Shown: piece after piece, positions 21,153 to 31,071 of the stretch | Position numbering within the stretch: position 1 is the first letter of the stretch | Layout: each line of letters starts with the position of its first letter | Source of the DNA: Candidatus Algichlamydia australiensis | GTDB taxonomy: Bacteria; Chlamydiota; Chlamydiia; Chlamydiales; JAJFMI01 | DNA: 64,000 bases | Direction: 5' to 3' | Assembly (NCBI GenBank): GCA_033977065.1 | Contig: JAXCHI010000004.1 | Span: 128,001 to 192,000, forward strand | The notes under the pieces: model-generated | Told to the model about the DNA's origin: nothing | The model's input: only the letters and a program-made list of their open reading frames with translations | Databases searched by the model: none | Translations under genes and position numbers: made by a program

Positions 21153-21872
21153 ATGTCTACGGTTGTATTGAAGTTTGGGGGGAGTGTTTTGAAAGACGCT
21201 TCCTGTTTTGAGGGGATTGTTCAAAAAATTGTTAAGTATCAAAGGGATTTTGAAAGGGTAGTTGTTGTTGTGAGTGCAATGGGCGAGATGACAAAGGAAT
21301 TGTTGAATCTTGCCTATGTGGTGTGTGAGGAGCCACCGAAGCGGGAGCAGGATATGCTTTTGAGTGTGGGCGAGCGCATCAGTATGGCGCTTCTTGCGAT
21401 GGCTCTGAAGGGAGCTGGGATTGAGGCGATCAGTTTTACTGGAAGTCAGGCGGGAATTATCACTTGCGGGTCGCACATGGAGGCGCGGGTCGTTGATGTG
21501 AAGCCGCGGCGGTTGTTGCCACATTTGAAGGCGGGGAGAGTTGTGATTGTAGCGGGTTTTCAAGGGGTAAGTGAAGGCGGTGAGATTACGACTTTGGGCG
21601 CAAGTGGCAGTGATTTGACAGCAGTAGCTTTAGGATCTGCTCTCGGTGCTGATGAGGTGGTTTTTTTTAAAGATGTAGGCGGAATTTTTTCTAGCGATCC
21701 TAAAAAAGATCTTGGAGCAAAAATTCAAAGACTATTGAGTTACGAAGAGGCTTTTGCCATTGCGGAAAAGGGGGTAATTTTACAGCCGAAGGCAGTTGCT
21801 TTTGCAGCAGAAAAAAAATTGAAGTTGGTCGTATGTGGTATGGATGATTTGCAGAGGAGTGTTGTAACTTAA
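21153..21872 (+). CDS. lysC: Aspartokinase catalytic domain without ACT domains
   Basis: VLKFGGS, VVVVSAMG, DMLLSVGERIS, VAGFQG, TTLGASGSD, KDVGGIFSSDP. Confidence 0.85.
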   Translation: MSTVVLKFGGSVLKDASCFEGIVQKIVKYQRDFERVVVVVSAMGEMTKELLNLAYVVCEEPPKREQDMLLSVGERISMALLAMALKGAGIEAISFTGSQAGIITCGSHMEARVVDVKPRRLLPHLKAGRVVIVAGFQGVSEGGEITTLGASGSDLTAVALGSALGADEVVFFKDVGGIFSSDPKKDLGAKIQRLLSYEEAFAIAEKGVILQPKAVAFAAEKKLKLVVCGMDDLQRSVVT

Positions 21873-21898
21873 ACTCGACTCAGCTAGCTTTGTCTTTT

Positions 21899-22555
21899 AT
21901 GGGAAAAACGATTCTAATTGAGCCTTCGATTTTTGCAGGAGATTTTGGCCATCTCGCTGATGAGGCAAAACGCTGTGAAGATGCAGGTGCTGACGCAATT
22001 CATTTCGACATCATGGATGGGAATTTTGTTCCCAATTTAAGCCTTTCTCCAAAGGGTTTGGCTGCTGTAAACCGCGCAACAGATCTTTTTTTAGATGTCC
22101 ATATTATGGTCTATAATCCTTACGATTATGTGGAGCGCTTGATTGAGATGGGGGCGGATCGCATTACGTTTCATTTAGAGGCGACAGAAGATGTGGAAGA
22201 GACTTTGGAGTATATCCAAAAGTGTGGGGTGAAAGCGGGTCTTGCTATTTCTCCCGAGACACCTGCTTCGATGATTTCGAAATATATTGAAGCGATAGAT
22301 CTTGTTTTAATTATGACCGTACATCCCGGTTTTGGAGGACAGTCATTTTTAGCAGATATGCTTGACAAGGTGCGCTTTGTTAGCGAATTTTGCAAAAAAA
22401 ATGGAATGGAAGAGAAGTTGATTCAGGTCGATGGCGGTGTAGATGATAAAACGGCTCCGGCCTGCATTGAGGCAGGCGCCAACGCGCTTGTAAGTGGGAC
22501 TTACCTCTTTAAAGGGGACATGAAGCAGAAAATACAAATGATGCGGGCTGGATGA
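21899..22555 (+). CDS. rpe: Ribulose-phosphate 3-epimerase
   Basis: HFDIMDGNFVPNL, DVHIM, MTVHPGFGGQ, QVDGG. Confidence 0.96.
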   Translation: MGKTILIEPSIFAGDFGHLADEAKRCEDAGADAIHFDIMDGNFVPNLSLSPKGLAAVNRATDLFLDVHIMVYNPYDYVERLIEMGADRITFHLEATEDVEETLEYIQKCGVKAGLAISPETPASMISKYIEAIDLVLIMTVHPGFGGQSFLADMLDKVRFVSEFCKKNGMEEKLIQVDGGVDDKTAPACIEAGANALVSGTYLFKGDMKQKIQMMRAG

Positions 22556-23514
22556 AAAAAATCGTTGTTATTGGAGGCGGGACAGGAAACTTTACTGTCT
22601 TGAGCGGTCTTAAGCAGCATGATCTGCATTTAAGCGCGATTGTCTCTATGGCAGATGATGGTGGTTCTACCGGGATTTTGCGTGATGAGCTGGGGGTTTT
22701 GCCTCCAGGTGATGTGCGCCAGTGTCTAGTCGCTCTTTCCAACTCTTCTCGGTTGATGCGCTCTTTAATGAACTACCGTTTTGAAAATGGGGGACTTGGT
22801 GGACATAGTTTTGGCAATTTGCTCCTCTCGGCACTTGAAAAAGTAACAGGTAGTTTTGAACACGCAGTTGAAGAGATGGGGCGTATTCTCTTTATTCGCG
22901 GTAAGGTAATCCCTGTCACAACGCATGCAGTGCGCTTGAAGATGGTGCTTAAGGATAAAAAAGTCTTGGAAGGAGAAAAAGAAATTTATCTCTCGCAAGA
23001 AATTGAAAAGGGGTATGACCGCCTCTATTTAGAGCCTTTTCCTAAAGCAAATAAAGAGGCACTTTCAGAGATTCGCCACGCAGATTTGATTATTATTGGG
23101 CCTGGCGGATTGCACACTTCCATTATTCCTAATTTGCTTGTTGAGGGTGTTGCCTCGGCTTTGAGGAGTACGCATGCAAAGTGTGTCTATATCGCCAATT
23201 TGATGAATCGAAAAGGGCAGACGACGGGATACTCTGTTAGCGATTATGTAAATGAAATTTCAAAGTATATTGGAAAGGATGTTTTTGATTACATTCTTGT
23301 AAACGAGCAAATACCAGACCCCGATTTGATTGAAAATTACCGAGATGAGGGGGAGCTTGTTCCTAATGATTTGAAAGGAGAGCGTGTTATTGCCGCAAAA
23401 TTGCTTGGTGAGCTTAAAACAAAAGGCGAAAAAGATTTGATGAAACGCAGCTTGATTCGTCACGATTCAGAGCGTTTAGCACAGGAGCTGATTCAGATTG
23501 TTAATCGTATTTGA
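22552..23514 (+). CDS. yvcK: YvcK/GlmR (CofD-like) family protein
   Basis: GGGTG, DDGGSTGILRDELGVLPPGDVR, GHSFGNL, GPGGLHTSIIPNL, IRHDS. Confidence 0.92.
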   Translation: MKKIVVIGGGTGNFTVLSGLKQHDLHLSAIVSMADDGGSTGILRDELGVLPPGDVRQCLVALSNSSRLMRSLMNYRFENGGLGGHSFGNLLLSALEKVTGSFEHAVEEMGRILFIRGKVIPVTTHAVRLKMVLKDKKVLEGEKEIYLSQEIEKGYDRLYLEPFPKANKEALSEIRHADLIIIGPGGLHTSIIPNLLVEGVASALRSTHAKCVYIANLMNRKGQTTGYSVSDYVNEISKYIGKDVFDYILVNEQIPDPDLIENYRDEGELVPNDLKGERVIAAKLLGELKTKGEKDLMKRSLIRHDSERLAQELIQIVNRI

Positions 23515-24115
23515 TCTCGATGATACACTTATCGATACCAGTGGAAGTGTTCTTCCTCTTCTTCTTCAAAAAGTCACAGAGGGACTAGCACCAAAGTCGC
23601 AAAAACAGCTGGAGCGCATGAATGGAAGTGCTAAAAGTTCCAAAGAATCTATAAACGAATTTTTTGAAATCAGCGACTTAAAAAAGCAGTCGCTAAAAAA
23701 TCCCTCACTTCACCAGATTAAAACTTTGGATGGCGTCAGAGAAGTGCTGCGCACCCTCTCTTTAGAGCATGAACTTGCCTTAGTCACAATAGGGGAGGAG
23801 TCGTTTCAAAGAGAGAAGATCAAACAAGCGGGAATCGACTTGCATCTATTTTCTGATGTGGTTGTTTGTAAAGATAAATATTTAGTTTATGGAAAGCTGA
23901 TTCAAAAATATTCTTGCAATCCAAGCCAGGTTGTTGTGATTGGCGATCGTATTGATCGAGATCTTACGCCTGCAAAGCTTTTAGGGTGTAAAACAATTCA
24001 CATTAAATGGGGAAGAGGGGTAAACTTTTCAGATAGAAGGGGGCATGTTGATTTTGCGGTATCTAACCTTAAGCAAATATTGGACATCCTCCCAAATATA
24101 GAAATTTTTTCATGA
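23498..24115 (+). CDS. HAD-superfamily hydrolase
   Basis: VFDLDDTLID motif I, IGDRIDRDL motif IV. Confidence 0.88.
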   Translation: MLIVFDLDDTLIDTSGSVLPLLLQKVTEGLAPKSQKQLERMNGSAKSSKESINEFFEISDLKKQSLKNPSLHQIKTLDGVREVLRTLSLEHELALVTIGEESFQREKIKQAGIDLHLFSDVVVCKDKYLVYGKLIQKYSCNPSQVVVIGDRIDRDLTPAKLLGCKTIHIKWGRGVNFSDRRGHVDFAVSNLKQILDILPNIEIFS

Positions 24116-24672
24116 GTACAACAAGCAATCAATTAGCACCGGGGATGACGATTTCCATCGGAAAGAAGATTTTTCGCGTAGAGTCGTGTGTAAAAGTCAC
24201 TGTAAGTAAAGGGGTTCCCTTTTTCAAAACCAAATTAAAAGATTTAGTTACTGGTGGTGTTGAGGAGAAAAACTTTAAAGTAGATCAGGAAATCAATGAA
24301 GTAGCACTGATCGAAAATCGCCTTGAATTTCTCTACATTGAGGGGAAGGATTATCTCTTTTTAGATGTCGATAATCTTACGCAAGCCCTTGTTCCTAGGG
24401 GGGTTATCGGTGATAAAGTCAATTATCTAAAAGATGGAATCCAGGTCAAAGCGACTTTTTATGGGGATACGGTCTTCTCTGTAGAGCTGCCGCAGTTTTT
24501 AGAACTTTCTGTCCTTAAGACTGAGGCGAGTACGGCAAAAGTAGCCGTTTCGGGAGGGACAAAGACGGCCCTCTTAGAGACAGGAGCTAAAATCGAAGTT
24601 CCGCTCTTCATAGAAGCGGGGGATATTATTAAAGTTGATACTCATGCGGGTGAATATATTCAGAGAATATAA
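24112..24672 (+). CDS. efp: Elongation factor P family protein
   Basis: K.A.LETGA.I.VPLFI..GD.IKVDT..GEY..R C-terminus; efp-accB-accC synteny. Confidence 0.92.
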   Translation: MSTTSNQLAPGMTISIGKKIFRVESCVKVTVSKGVPFFKTKLKDLVTGGVEEKNFKVDQEINEVALIENRLEFLYIEGKDYLFLDVDNLTQALVPRGVIGDKVNYLKDGIQVKATFYGDTVFSVELPQFLELSVLKTEASTAKVAVSGGTKTALLETGAKIEVPLFIEAGDIIKVDTHAGEYIQRI

Positions 24673-24719
24673 GCGCAAGTTGCTGCCTAGTCTCTCTGGA
24701 GGGGGAAGAGGGAAGTAAC

Positions 24720-24750
24720 TTGAGTAATAAATCGCCTTTTATGTTATAAT
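24720..24750 (+). promoter_or_regulatory. Probable accBC promoter (extended -10)
   Basis: TGt-TATAAT at 24742-24750, TTGAGT upstream, AAGGAG RBS before GTG 24772. Confidence 0.5.
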
Positions 24751-24771
24751 ACTTCGTCTAAGGAGAGAGTT

Positions 24772-25224
24772 GTGGATTTAGATTTAATTAAAAAAATTGT
24801 TGCATATATGGAGGAGAGCTCCCTTTCAAAGATTCGTTATAAGGATCAGAATGTGGAGATTGAGTTAGAGCGCTCATCTGGATCGATTGCTCCCCTTCCT
24901 CAGCCGCAGGCAGTGCATCATCAACCTGTTGCAGCATCGGCCCCAGCTCCTGCTCCTCTTGAAGCGCCCAAAGCTGAAGAGAGTGGTCAAATGATTACAT
25001 CTCCCATGGTTGGGACTTACTACTCTTCACCAGCACCAGATCAGCCCGCATTTGTAAAAGTAGGGGATCACGTAACAGAAGAGACAGTAGTCTGCATCAT
25101 CGAAGCGATGAAGGTAATGAACGAGGTAAAGGCGGGTGTAAAAGGGACGGTAAAAAAGATTTTAGTTGCAAGTGCTGATCCAGTGGAATTTGGAACAGCG
25201 CTTATAGAAGTGGATCCTGCATGA
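24772..25224 (+). CDS. accB: Biotin carboxyl carrier protein
   Basis: SPMVGT, IIEAMKVMNE biotinylation motif. Confidence 0.96.
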   Translation: MDLDLIKKIVAYMEESSLSKIRYKDQNVEIELERSSGSIAPLPQPQAVHHQPVAASAPAPAPLEAPKAEESGQMITSPMVGTYYSSPAPDQPAFVKVGDHVTEETVVCIIEAMKVMNEVKAGVKGTVKKILVASADPVEFGTALIEVDPA

Positions 25225-26594
25225 AAAAAGTACTTATTGCCAACCGCGGCGAAATTGCCGTACGTATTATCCGAGCATGTCACGATTTAGGACTCTCTAC
25301 CGTGGCAGTCTACTCAAAAGCTGATCAAGAGGCTCTGCACGTCTTGCATGCTGACGAGGCTATATGCATTGGAGATGCGCCGGCAATCAAATCGTACTTA
25401 CGTATTCCAAATATTCTCTCTGCCTGTGAGATTACAGGTGCTGATGCAGTACATCCAGGTTACGGTTTTTTAAGCGAAAATCCCAATTTTGCTTCTATTT
25501 GCGAAAGTTGTGGCTTAACTTTCATTGGACCCACTTCAGATACCATTTCGATGCTTGGTGACAAGGCCAATGCAAAAGCGATTGCTCGGTCAGCGAAATG
25601 TCCCGTTATCCCTGGGTCAGCTGGTGTTGTTCCCAACATTAAAGAGGGATTGAAAGAAGCGGAAAAAATTGGCTACCCTGTCATGATCAAAGCCGTTGCA
25701 GGCGGTGGTGGAAAAGGGATTCGTCTAGCTCATGATGAGGCGGATTTTGTTCGTCAATTTACAGCTGCACGAGCCGAGGCAGAAGCCTCTTTCAACAATC
25801 CTGACGTCTATTTAGAAAAAATGATTGTGGACCCACGACATGTGGAAGTCCAAATTATCGGGGATAAGCATGGTAATTACGTTCACTTAGGTGAGCGCGA
25901 CTGTACCATCCAGCGTCGTAGACAAAAATTAATCGAAGAGTGCCCGAGTCCTGCTATTTCACCCCAGCAGCGTAAGAAGATGGGTGAGGCGGCTGTTAAC
26001 CTAGTTAAAGCGGCTAAGTATCATACTGTTGGTACAGTAGAGTTTTTGCTTGATAAAGATGGGCGCTTCTACTTCATGGAAGTCAATACCCGTATTCAGG
26101 TAGAGCACACTGTTACAGAAGAGCTTACTGGTATCGACCTTGTGAAAGAGCAAATTCGCCTGGCTATGGGTGAGAAGCTCGGCTACAAACAGAAAGAAGT
26201 CAACTTTGATGGTCATGTAATCCAATTTCGTATTAACGCTGAAAACCCTTCCAAGAATTTTGCCCCATCACCAGGTTGCTTAGAGTACTTTATTACACCA
26301 GGTGGTCCTTCCGTACGCGTTGACACCTCTTGCTACAGTGGTTATAAAATTCCACCAAATTACGACTCACTGATTGCAAAACTTATTGTTAAGGGCAAAG
26401 ATCGCAAGAGTGCAATGGCGATTGGCAAGCGCGCCTTAAAAGAATTTCACATTGGTGGAGTGCATTCCACTATTCCTTTTCACAGATATATGCTGAAAAA
26501 TGATATCTTCAAGTCAGGAAAGTTCACATTAAAATTTGTGGATGAACTCCTTGAAGAAGAGCATAATTTTGATGAAGAAGAACTCCCCGTATAA
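25221..26594 (+). CDS. accC: Biotin carboxylase
   Basis: ANRGEIAVR, HPGYGFLSEN, GGGGKG, EVNTRIQVEH. Confidence 0.97.
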   Translation: MKKVLIANRGEIAVRIIRACHDLGLSTVAVYSKADQEALHVLHADEAICIGDAPAIKSYLRIPNILSACEITGADAVHPGYGFLSENPNFASICESCGLTFIGPTSDTISMLGDKANAKAIARSAKCPVIPGSAGVVPNIKEGLKEAEKIGYPVMIKAVAGGGGKGIRLAHDEADFVRQFTAARAEAEASFNNPDVYLEKMIVDPRHVEVQIIGDKHGNYVHLGERDCTIQRRRQKLIEECPSPAISPQQRKKMGEAAVNLVKAAKYHTVGTVEFLLDKDGRFYFMEVNTRIQVEHTVTEELTGIDLVKEQIRLAMGEKLGYKQKEVNFDGHVIQFRINAENPSKNFAPSPGCLEYFITPGGPSVRVDTSCYSGYKIPPNYDSLIAKLIVKGKDRKSAMAIGKRALKEFHIGGVHSTIPFHRYMLKNDIFKSGKFTLKFVDELLEEEHNFDEEELPV

Positions 26595-27474
26595 AGCAAT
26601 CATTCTGGCTGGAGGGTCGGGTACACGCCTCTATCCCTCTACACTTGTCACAAGCAAACAGCTCCTGCCTGTCTATGACAAACCGATGATTTACTACCCT
26701 CTTTCGGTCATCATTCAAGCAGGAATTCGAGAAATTTTACTCATCTCATCAGAGCATGACCTCCCACGCATCCAGGAGCTTTTTGGAGATGGTTCTCACC
26801 TTGGTTTAGAGCTCTCCTACGCTGCACAAAAAGAGCCAAATGGCATTGCAGAAGCGTTTCTCATTGGAGAAGAGTTTATTGATAACACTCCCGTTGCGCT
26901 TGTGCTTGGGGACAATCTGTTTACAGGCCCTCACTTAAAAACTCTGGTTCAGCGCGCAGCACAAAGTGAGTCGGGTGCAACAGTCTTTGGCTATGAAGTG
27001 CAAGACCCTTCGCGCTACGGTGTGATCGCCTTTGATGATCAGGGAAGACCAAAAGAGATCGTTGAAAAACCGAAAAATCCCCCCTCGCGTTATGCTGTAA
27101 CAGGTCTCTACTTTTACGATACAAATGTTGTTTCAATTGCCAAATCTCTTAAACCCTCTCCGCGCGGAGAGTTAGAAATCACCGATGTTAACCGTGCCTA
27201 CTTGCAAGATGGAAATTTGCACGTCACAATCCTTGATCGTGGGTATGCGTGGCTTGACACAGGAACAGCAGACGCTCTCCACAAAGCTTCGGCTTATGTA
27301 CAAACTCTACAAGAGCGCCAAGGCATTCAAATAGGGTGCATAGAAGAAGAGGCGTATAATATGGGCTGGATCTCAGATGATCAGCTCCTATTTTTAAGTG
27401 GCCGGTACTTGGGAAATGCGTACGGAAATTACCTCCAAAGTCGAATTAAAAAAGAGATGTTGACAAAGTCTTGA
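26572..27474 (+). CDS. rfbA: Glucose-1-phosphate thymidylyltransferase
   Basis: ILAGGSGTRLYP...SKQLLPVYDKPMIYYPL, RGELEITD, GYAWLDTGT. Confidence 0.95.
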   Translation: MKKNSPYKAIILAGGSGTRLYPSTLVTSKQLLPVYDKPMIYYPLSVIIQAGIREILLISSEHDLPRIQELFGDGSHLGLELSYAAQKEPNGIAEAFLIGEEFIDNTPVALVLGDNLFTGPHLKTLVQRAAQSESGATVFGYEVQDPSRYGVIAFDDQGRPKEIVEKPKNPPSRYAVTGLYFYDTNVVSIAKSLKPSPRGELEITDVNRAYLQDGNLHVTILDRGYAWLDTGTADALHKASAYVQTLQERQGIQIGCIEEEAYNMGWISDDQLLFLSGRYLGNAYGNYLQSRIKKEMLTKS

Positions 27475-27527
27475 TCAATTATTTACAATCGACTTCACAA
27501 TAACAAATTCCAAATGGAGGAAAACAT

Positions 27528-27827
27528 ATGACGTGGACAGATACTGCAAAAGCTTATGCAACAAATGTAAACATCCAAGCTAGTGTACTTTCGATGGCTG
27601 GTGCATTTGCATTAAGTAGAAATAATGAAGTTAACAAGTGTGCGCTGATGCTTTTTGGATCAATAGCTGCAGCTAACTTTATTTTTACCGCTGTTCAGCC
27701 TAAGGCTGTTGAAGAAGAATCTAAAAATAGTTGGACTGATCAAGCAAAAGATCAACTACAAGGTTTCACAGCGAGAGTTGTAGCAGGATTTGCACTAGCA
27801 TATATTGCGAATAACTATATTTCTTAA
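27528..27827 (+). CDS. Small hydrophobic hypothetical protein with internal repeat, own transcription unit
   Basis: GGAGG RBS, TTGACA-18-TACAAT upstream, terminator downstream; TWTDTAK / SWTDQAK repeat. Confidence 0.75.
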   Translation: MTWTDTAKAYATNVNIQASVLSMAGAFALSRNNEVNKCALMLFGSIAAANFIFTAVQPKAVEEESKNSWTDQAKDQLQGFTARVVAGFALAYIANNYIS

Positions 27828-27842
27828 TAGGTTCTATTTATG

Positions 27843-27874
27843 AAGGGTAGAGAGAATCTCTCTGCCTTTTTTTT
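27843..27874 (+). terminator. Rho-independent terminator
   Basis: AAGGGTAGAGAG-AAT-CTCTCTGCCTT followed by a T-run, between convergent genes. Confidence 0.8.
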
Positions 27875-28769
27875 ATCCCAATTTCCAGGAACGTTTTTTC
27901 TTTTTTACTGGAGACTTTCCATACACAGCTTCGTGTAAATTTTGAATAGCCATAAAGGCAGAAGGATCTTCTCGCAGGATGATCTCTTTAAGCTCTGACA
28001 AGTCAAGTCTCTCTACAATCACAAATAAAATTTGTCTCTCATCGCCGGAATAACCACCCTTACCGTGCATAATCGTCAACCCAAGGCCTAGTTCTTCCAT
28101 AATGACTTTTTTCAGTTTGTCAGGGTTGGATGAGATGACCATCACAGATTTTACTTCATCAAGGCCGACGATCACCATGTCCATTGTTTTGAAGGCGACA
28201 ACGTAGGTCATAAGAGAGCGCAGAGCGATGTGCCAATCTTGGAAGATGAGACCGTATGCACCGAAAACAAAGATGTTGATGAAGAGGACTACCTGCCCAA
28301 CAGTAAATCCTTTTTTGCGGTTGATGATAATTGCCATGATTTCTGTACCATCAAGGCACCCACCATGGCGAATAATCAAACCAACACCCATTCCTAGAAT
28401 CACACCTCCGAAGAAAATCACTTCGAGAGGGTCGCCAATGAAGGGAGGAATCAGCAGTTCAATAAAGCTTAAAAAGAGGGCAAAGAGGAGAACAGCGATT
28501 AAAAATTGGATCACAAACGCCTTGCGGATGAATTTATAGGCTAGATAGAGAAAAGGGGCATTGAGGACAATGAGAAGGGGAGAGATGAGGCCATCTCCAA
28601 AAAGCCTTCCAAAAATTAGAGAGACTCCAATAATCCCTCCATCAATTAAGTAATTGGGGACAAGAAAAACACGGATGGAGAGCGCTGCTAAAAAGGCGCC
28701 GATTGCCATCCACATATATGTTAAAGCTTTTTGTTTAGATGTCTTTGCTACAGCTTGTGTTCCTACCAT
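27873..28769 (-). CDS. YitT/DUF161-DUF2179 family membrane protein
   Basis: LIDGGIIGVS, GGCLDGTE, TIMHGKGGYSG, DPSAF. Confidence 0.9.
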   Translation of the reverse strand: MVGTQAVAKTSKQKALTYMWMAIGAFLAALSIRVFLVPNYLIDGGIIGVSLIFGRLFGDGLISPLLIVLNAPFLYLAYKFIRKAFVIQFLIAVLLFALFLSFIELLIPPFIGDPLEVIFFGGVILGMGVGLIIRHGGCLDGTEIMAIIINRKKGFTVGQVVLFINIFVFGAYGLIFQDWHIALRSLMTYVVAFKTMDMVIVGLDEVKSVMVISSNPDKLKKVIMEELGLGLTIMHGKGGYSGDERQILFVIVERLDLSELKEIILREDPSAFMAIQNLHEAVYGKSPVKKKKRSWKLG

Positions 28770-28781
28770 GTCCTCAGTCTA

Positions 28782-29798
28782 CTAGAAGACGGCATAGAAA
28801 GTATAGACAAGACTCGCAAAATTTCCACTATTGCGGCCCGTTGCAGTAAACCAGACTCCTGCAACCATTCCAAATGTAGAGGAGGGATTGTACTCGATCG
28901 CAGGTGCAAAACTCAGCTGATCTCCTGAGGGGCCTCCTACAGAGAAGGGATTCCCATTAGCATCTCTGCCACGGCTTCCAGAAAAGCTCGCTTTGTTAAA
29001 ATAGGTGTAGACAGCATCGAGAGCGAAGACCCAGCGCTGGGTAATGCTGTACTCGTAGCCCACATCAATTCCCCAAGAATTTCCCGGTTTGACTTTGCCG
29101 TCTGTGCCTGGCCCTCCACCATAAGCATTTAGATTGTCGACATGTGTTGGTGTTGTGAAGGTGTAAAACAAATTACTTCTCATTGCTATTGGATGGAGTT
29201 TGCTCCACCAAAAAACTTTTGAGAGATTAAAACTAAATGTTGTGTTGTACGAGCCACCACCTGTGGCATCCACCCCATTTTTTTCAGGGTCAAGATTGTC
29301 GTACTTTCCTGTTGGGAGTGTTTCAGAAATTGTTAACCGCACATAGGGGCGGTAGGGCGTCTCTTTTTGGAGCTGGATTCCAAATGCAATGCTGGAGTCT
29401 CCGGAGTAGCTTCCCCAAATATCGCTCTGACGATTGAAAATTGCAGGAACAGTCATGTAAGTGTCGAGCCAGTCAGTAATCCCTGTTTGAAAATAGTAGA
29501 GGGGGTTGATTTCAAGAAAGTTAGGAATATTTTTGCTATGTCGATCATCATCGTACTCAGCATGAGTCACTGTGGTAAAAATGTAGGGCTGTACGACAGC
29601 TTGGCCTGGCGCTGCATTCACAGCGCTACCAGTTAAAAGAGGGCCAGAGTACCAAGGTTGAAACATTTTTCGTGCAATTTCAAAATTCTCTTCAGCAGAG
29701 CGCAGTTCACTCTGGATGACTTCTTGAGAGGGAGGTGTGTAGGGTTCCTGAGCGAAAAGTGCTCCAGCAAAAAATAGAGGAATAAAAAAATATCTCAT
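28782..29798 (-). CDS. Outer-membrane beta-barrel (COG4313/MetA-pathway-like transporter)
   Basis: Signal peptide MRYFFIPLFFAGALFA, LPTGKYD motif, aromatic-rich strands, terminal Phe. Confidence 0.7.
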   Translation of the reverse strand: MRYFFIPLFFAGALFAQEPYTPPSQEVIQSELRSAEENFEIARKMFQPWYSGPLLTGSAVNAAPGQAVVQPYIFTTVTHAEYDDDRHSKNIPNFLEINPLYYFQTGITDWLDTYMTVPAIFNRQSDIWGSYSGDSSIAFGIQLQKETPYRPYVRLTISETLPTGKYDNLDPEKNGVDATGGGSYNTTFSFNLSKVFWWSKLHPIAMRSNLFYTFTTPTHVDNLNAYGGGPGTDGKVKPGNSWGIDVGYEYSITQRWVFALDAVYTYFNKASFSGSRGRDANGNPFSVGGPSGDQLSFAPAIEYNPSSTFGMVAGVWFTATGRNSGNFASLVYTFYAVF

Positions 29799-29841
29799 GA
29801 AAGGGATGTTACAAAAATCAGCTTTTGCTATCAAGCAAGTT

Positions 29842-30174
29842 ATGAGTGAGATGGAGAGCGCAGGTAGTGGTCAGACACCTGAAGAGATGAAGGCTTATAG
29901 GCAAGACTTTCAAGAGAGTGTTGGTATTTTTCGTGAAGCTTTGGATGAATATTCCAAAACAGATAAAGGTTTTTATGCAAAGCAAGATACGCTCAAAGGG
30001 TCGATGAGCCAATCGAAAGAGGTGATGGACCAACTCTCACCCTTATTTAGTAAAGAGATTCAAAAACAGAAAGCACAACTTGACCAAGACTACGCCTCAT
30101 TTAGCAAGGATGACTCTGCGCAAAACATTGCAAAGCTTCAAGAGGATCTTAATCACTTAGATCAGGCGATCTAA
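29842..30174 (+). CDS. Hypothetical helical protein
   Basis: Open 110-aa frame with amphipathic helical pattern; start chosen at MSEMES. Confidence 0.6.
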   Translation: MSEMESAGSGQTPEEMKAYRQDFQESVGIFREALDEYSKTDKGFYAKQDTLKGSMSQSKEVMDQLSPLFSKEIQKQKAQLDQDYASFSKDDSAQNIAKLQEDLNHLDQAI

Positions 30175-30817
30175 AAACTTTTAGCTTGTTTCTTACTTTT
30201 TTGTCAGGATGAAAGTAAAAAGGCTTAGAGTCACCGGGATCTCCGAGCCTTAAAACTCCCTTTTCAATTCGCTCAAAAACCATCGGTTTTTCTGAATGGA
30301 AAGATACCGCGGGTTCAACTACAGGGATTCCATCGATGTAAATGATCCCTTCTTTGACAGAGATATCTTTTGTCTCTTTAATCAGAGCCCCATTTCCAAG
30401 AGAGATATATTTTTTTGGGTTGGCTAAAGAATCGTTGTAAGTGTGCACTTTTTCTATTATTACTTTTGCGATGGTTTCGGAGTTACGAAGAGTTTTTCCA
30501 GTGCGATCTGTAATTACATTAACAATGCTTAAGGCTGCCCCTTTGGGTGGAATTGTTGTAAAAAACGAGCGGCACCAATCCCAAATTTTTCCTGCGGTCG
30601 ACTGCACGCGTGCCATGCTAATATAAACCGGTTCAGTTTGGTCTATCTCTTCACTTTTAAAAATTTCATCTCGCTTTACAAGCTTTTGATTTACTATTTG
30701 GCCGATTAAGAAAACTTGATAATCTGGGGAGAGTTTTTGGTTAGCTTGACTGAGAGCTTCTATGAAGAGAACGTAAGCACTTTCTGGGGTTGGGGGAGGA
30801 GTTTGATCAGTAACCAT
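30149..30817 (-). CDS. Hypothetical protein directly downstream of tRNA-Asp
   Basis: Open frame from MVTDQTPPPTP; the upstream extension in the ORF track lies within the tRNA. Confidence 0.6.
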   Translation of the reverse strand: MVTDQTPPPTPESAYVLFIEALSQANQKLSPDYQVFLIGQIVNQKLVKRDEIFKSEEIDQTEPVYISMARVQSTAGKIWDWCRSFFTTIPPKGAALSIVNVITDRTGKTLRNSETIAKVIIEKVHTYNDSLANPKKYISLGNGALIKETKDISVKEGIIYIDGIPVVEPAVSFHSEKPMVFERIEKGVLRLGDPGDSKPFYFHPDKKVRNKLKVFRSPDLSD

Positions 30818-30832
30818 AAGTTTGTAAAAGTG

Positions 30833-30906
30833 CGCGGGAGACGGGACTCGAACCCGCAACTTCCAGCGTGACAGGCTGGTGCTCTAACCAGTTGAACTAC
30901 TCCCGC
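30833..30906 (-). tRNA. tRNA-Asp(GTC)
   Basis: GCGGGAGTAGTTCAACTGGTTAGAGCACCAGCCTGTCACGCTGG...GGTTCGAGTCCCGTCTCCCGCG. Confidence 0.96.
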
Positions 30907-30927
30907 ACTTAAAGAAATCGGTTATGT

Positions 30928-31000
30928 TGGGCGCGACAGGACTCGAACCTGTGACCGCCTGTGTGTAAGACAGGTGCTCTACCAGCTGAGCTACACGCCC
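30928..31000 (-). tRNA. tRNA-Val(TAC)
   Basis: GGGCGTGTAGCTCAGCTGGTAGAGCACCTGTCTTACACACAGG...GGTTCGAGTCCTGTCGCGCCCA. Confidence 0.96.
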
Positions 31001-31071
31001 GACATCCTACCATAGTAGCAAGGTTCCGAGTTTTTCTACAACAAAATATCTAACACAAGTAAAATAAGGTC

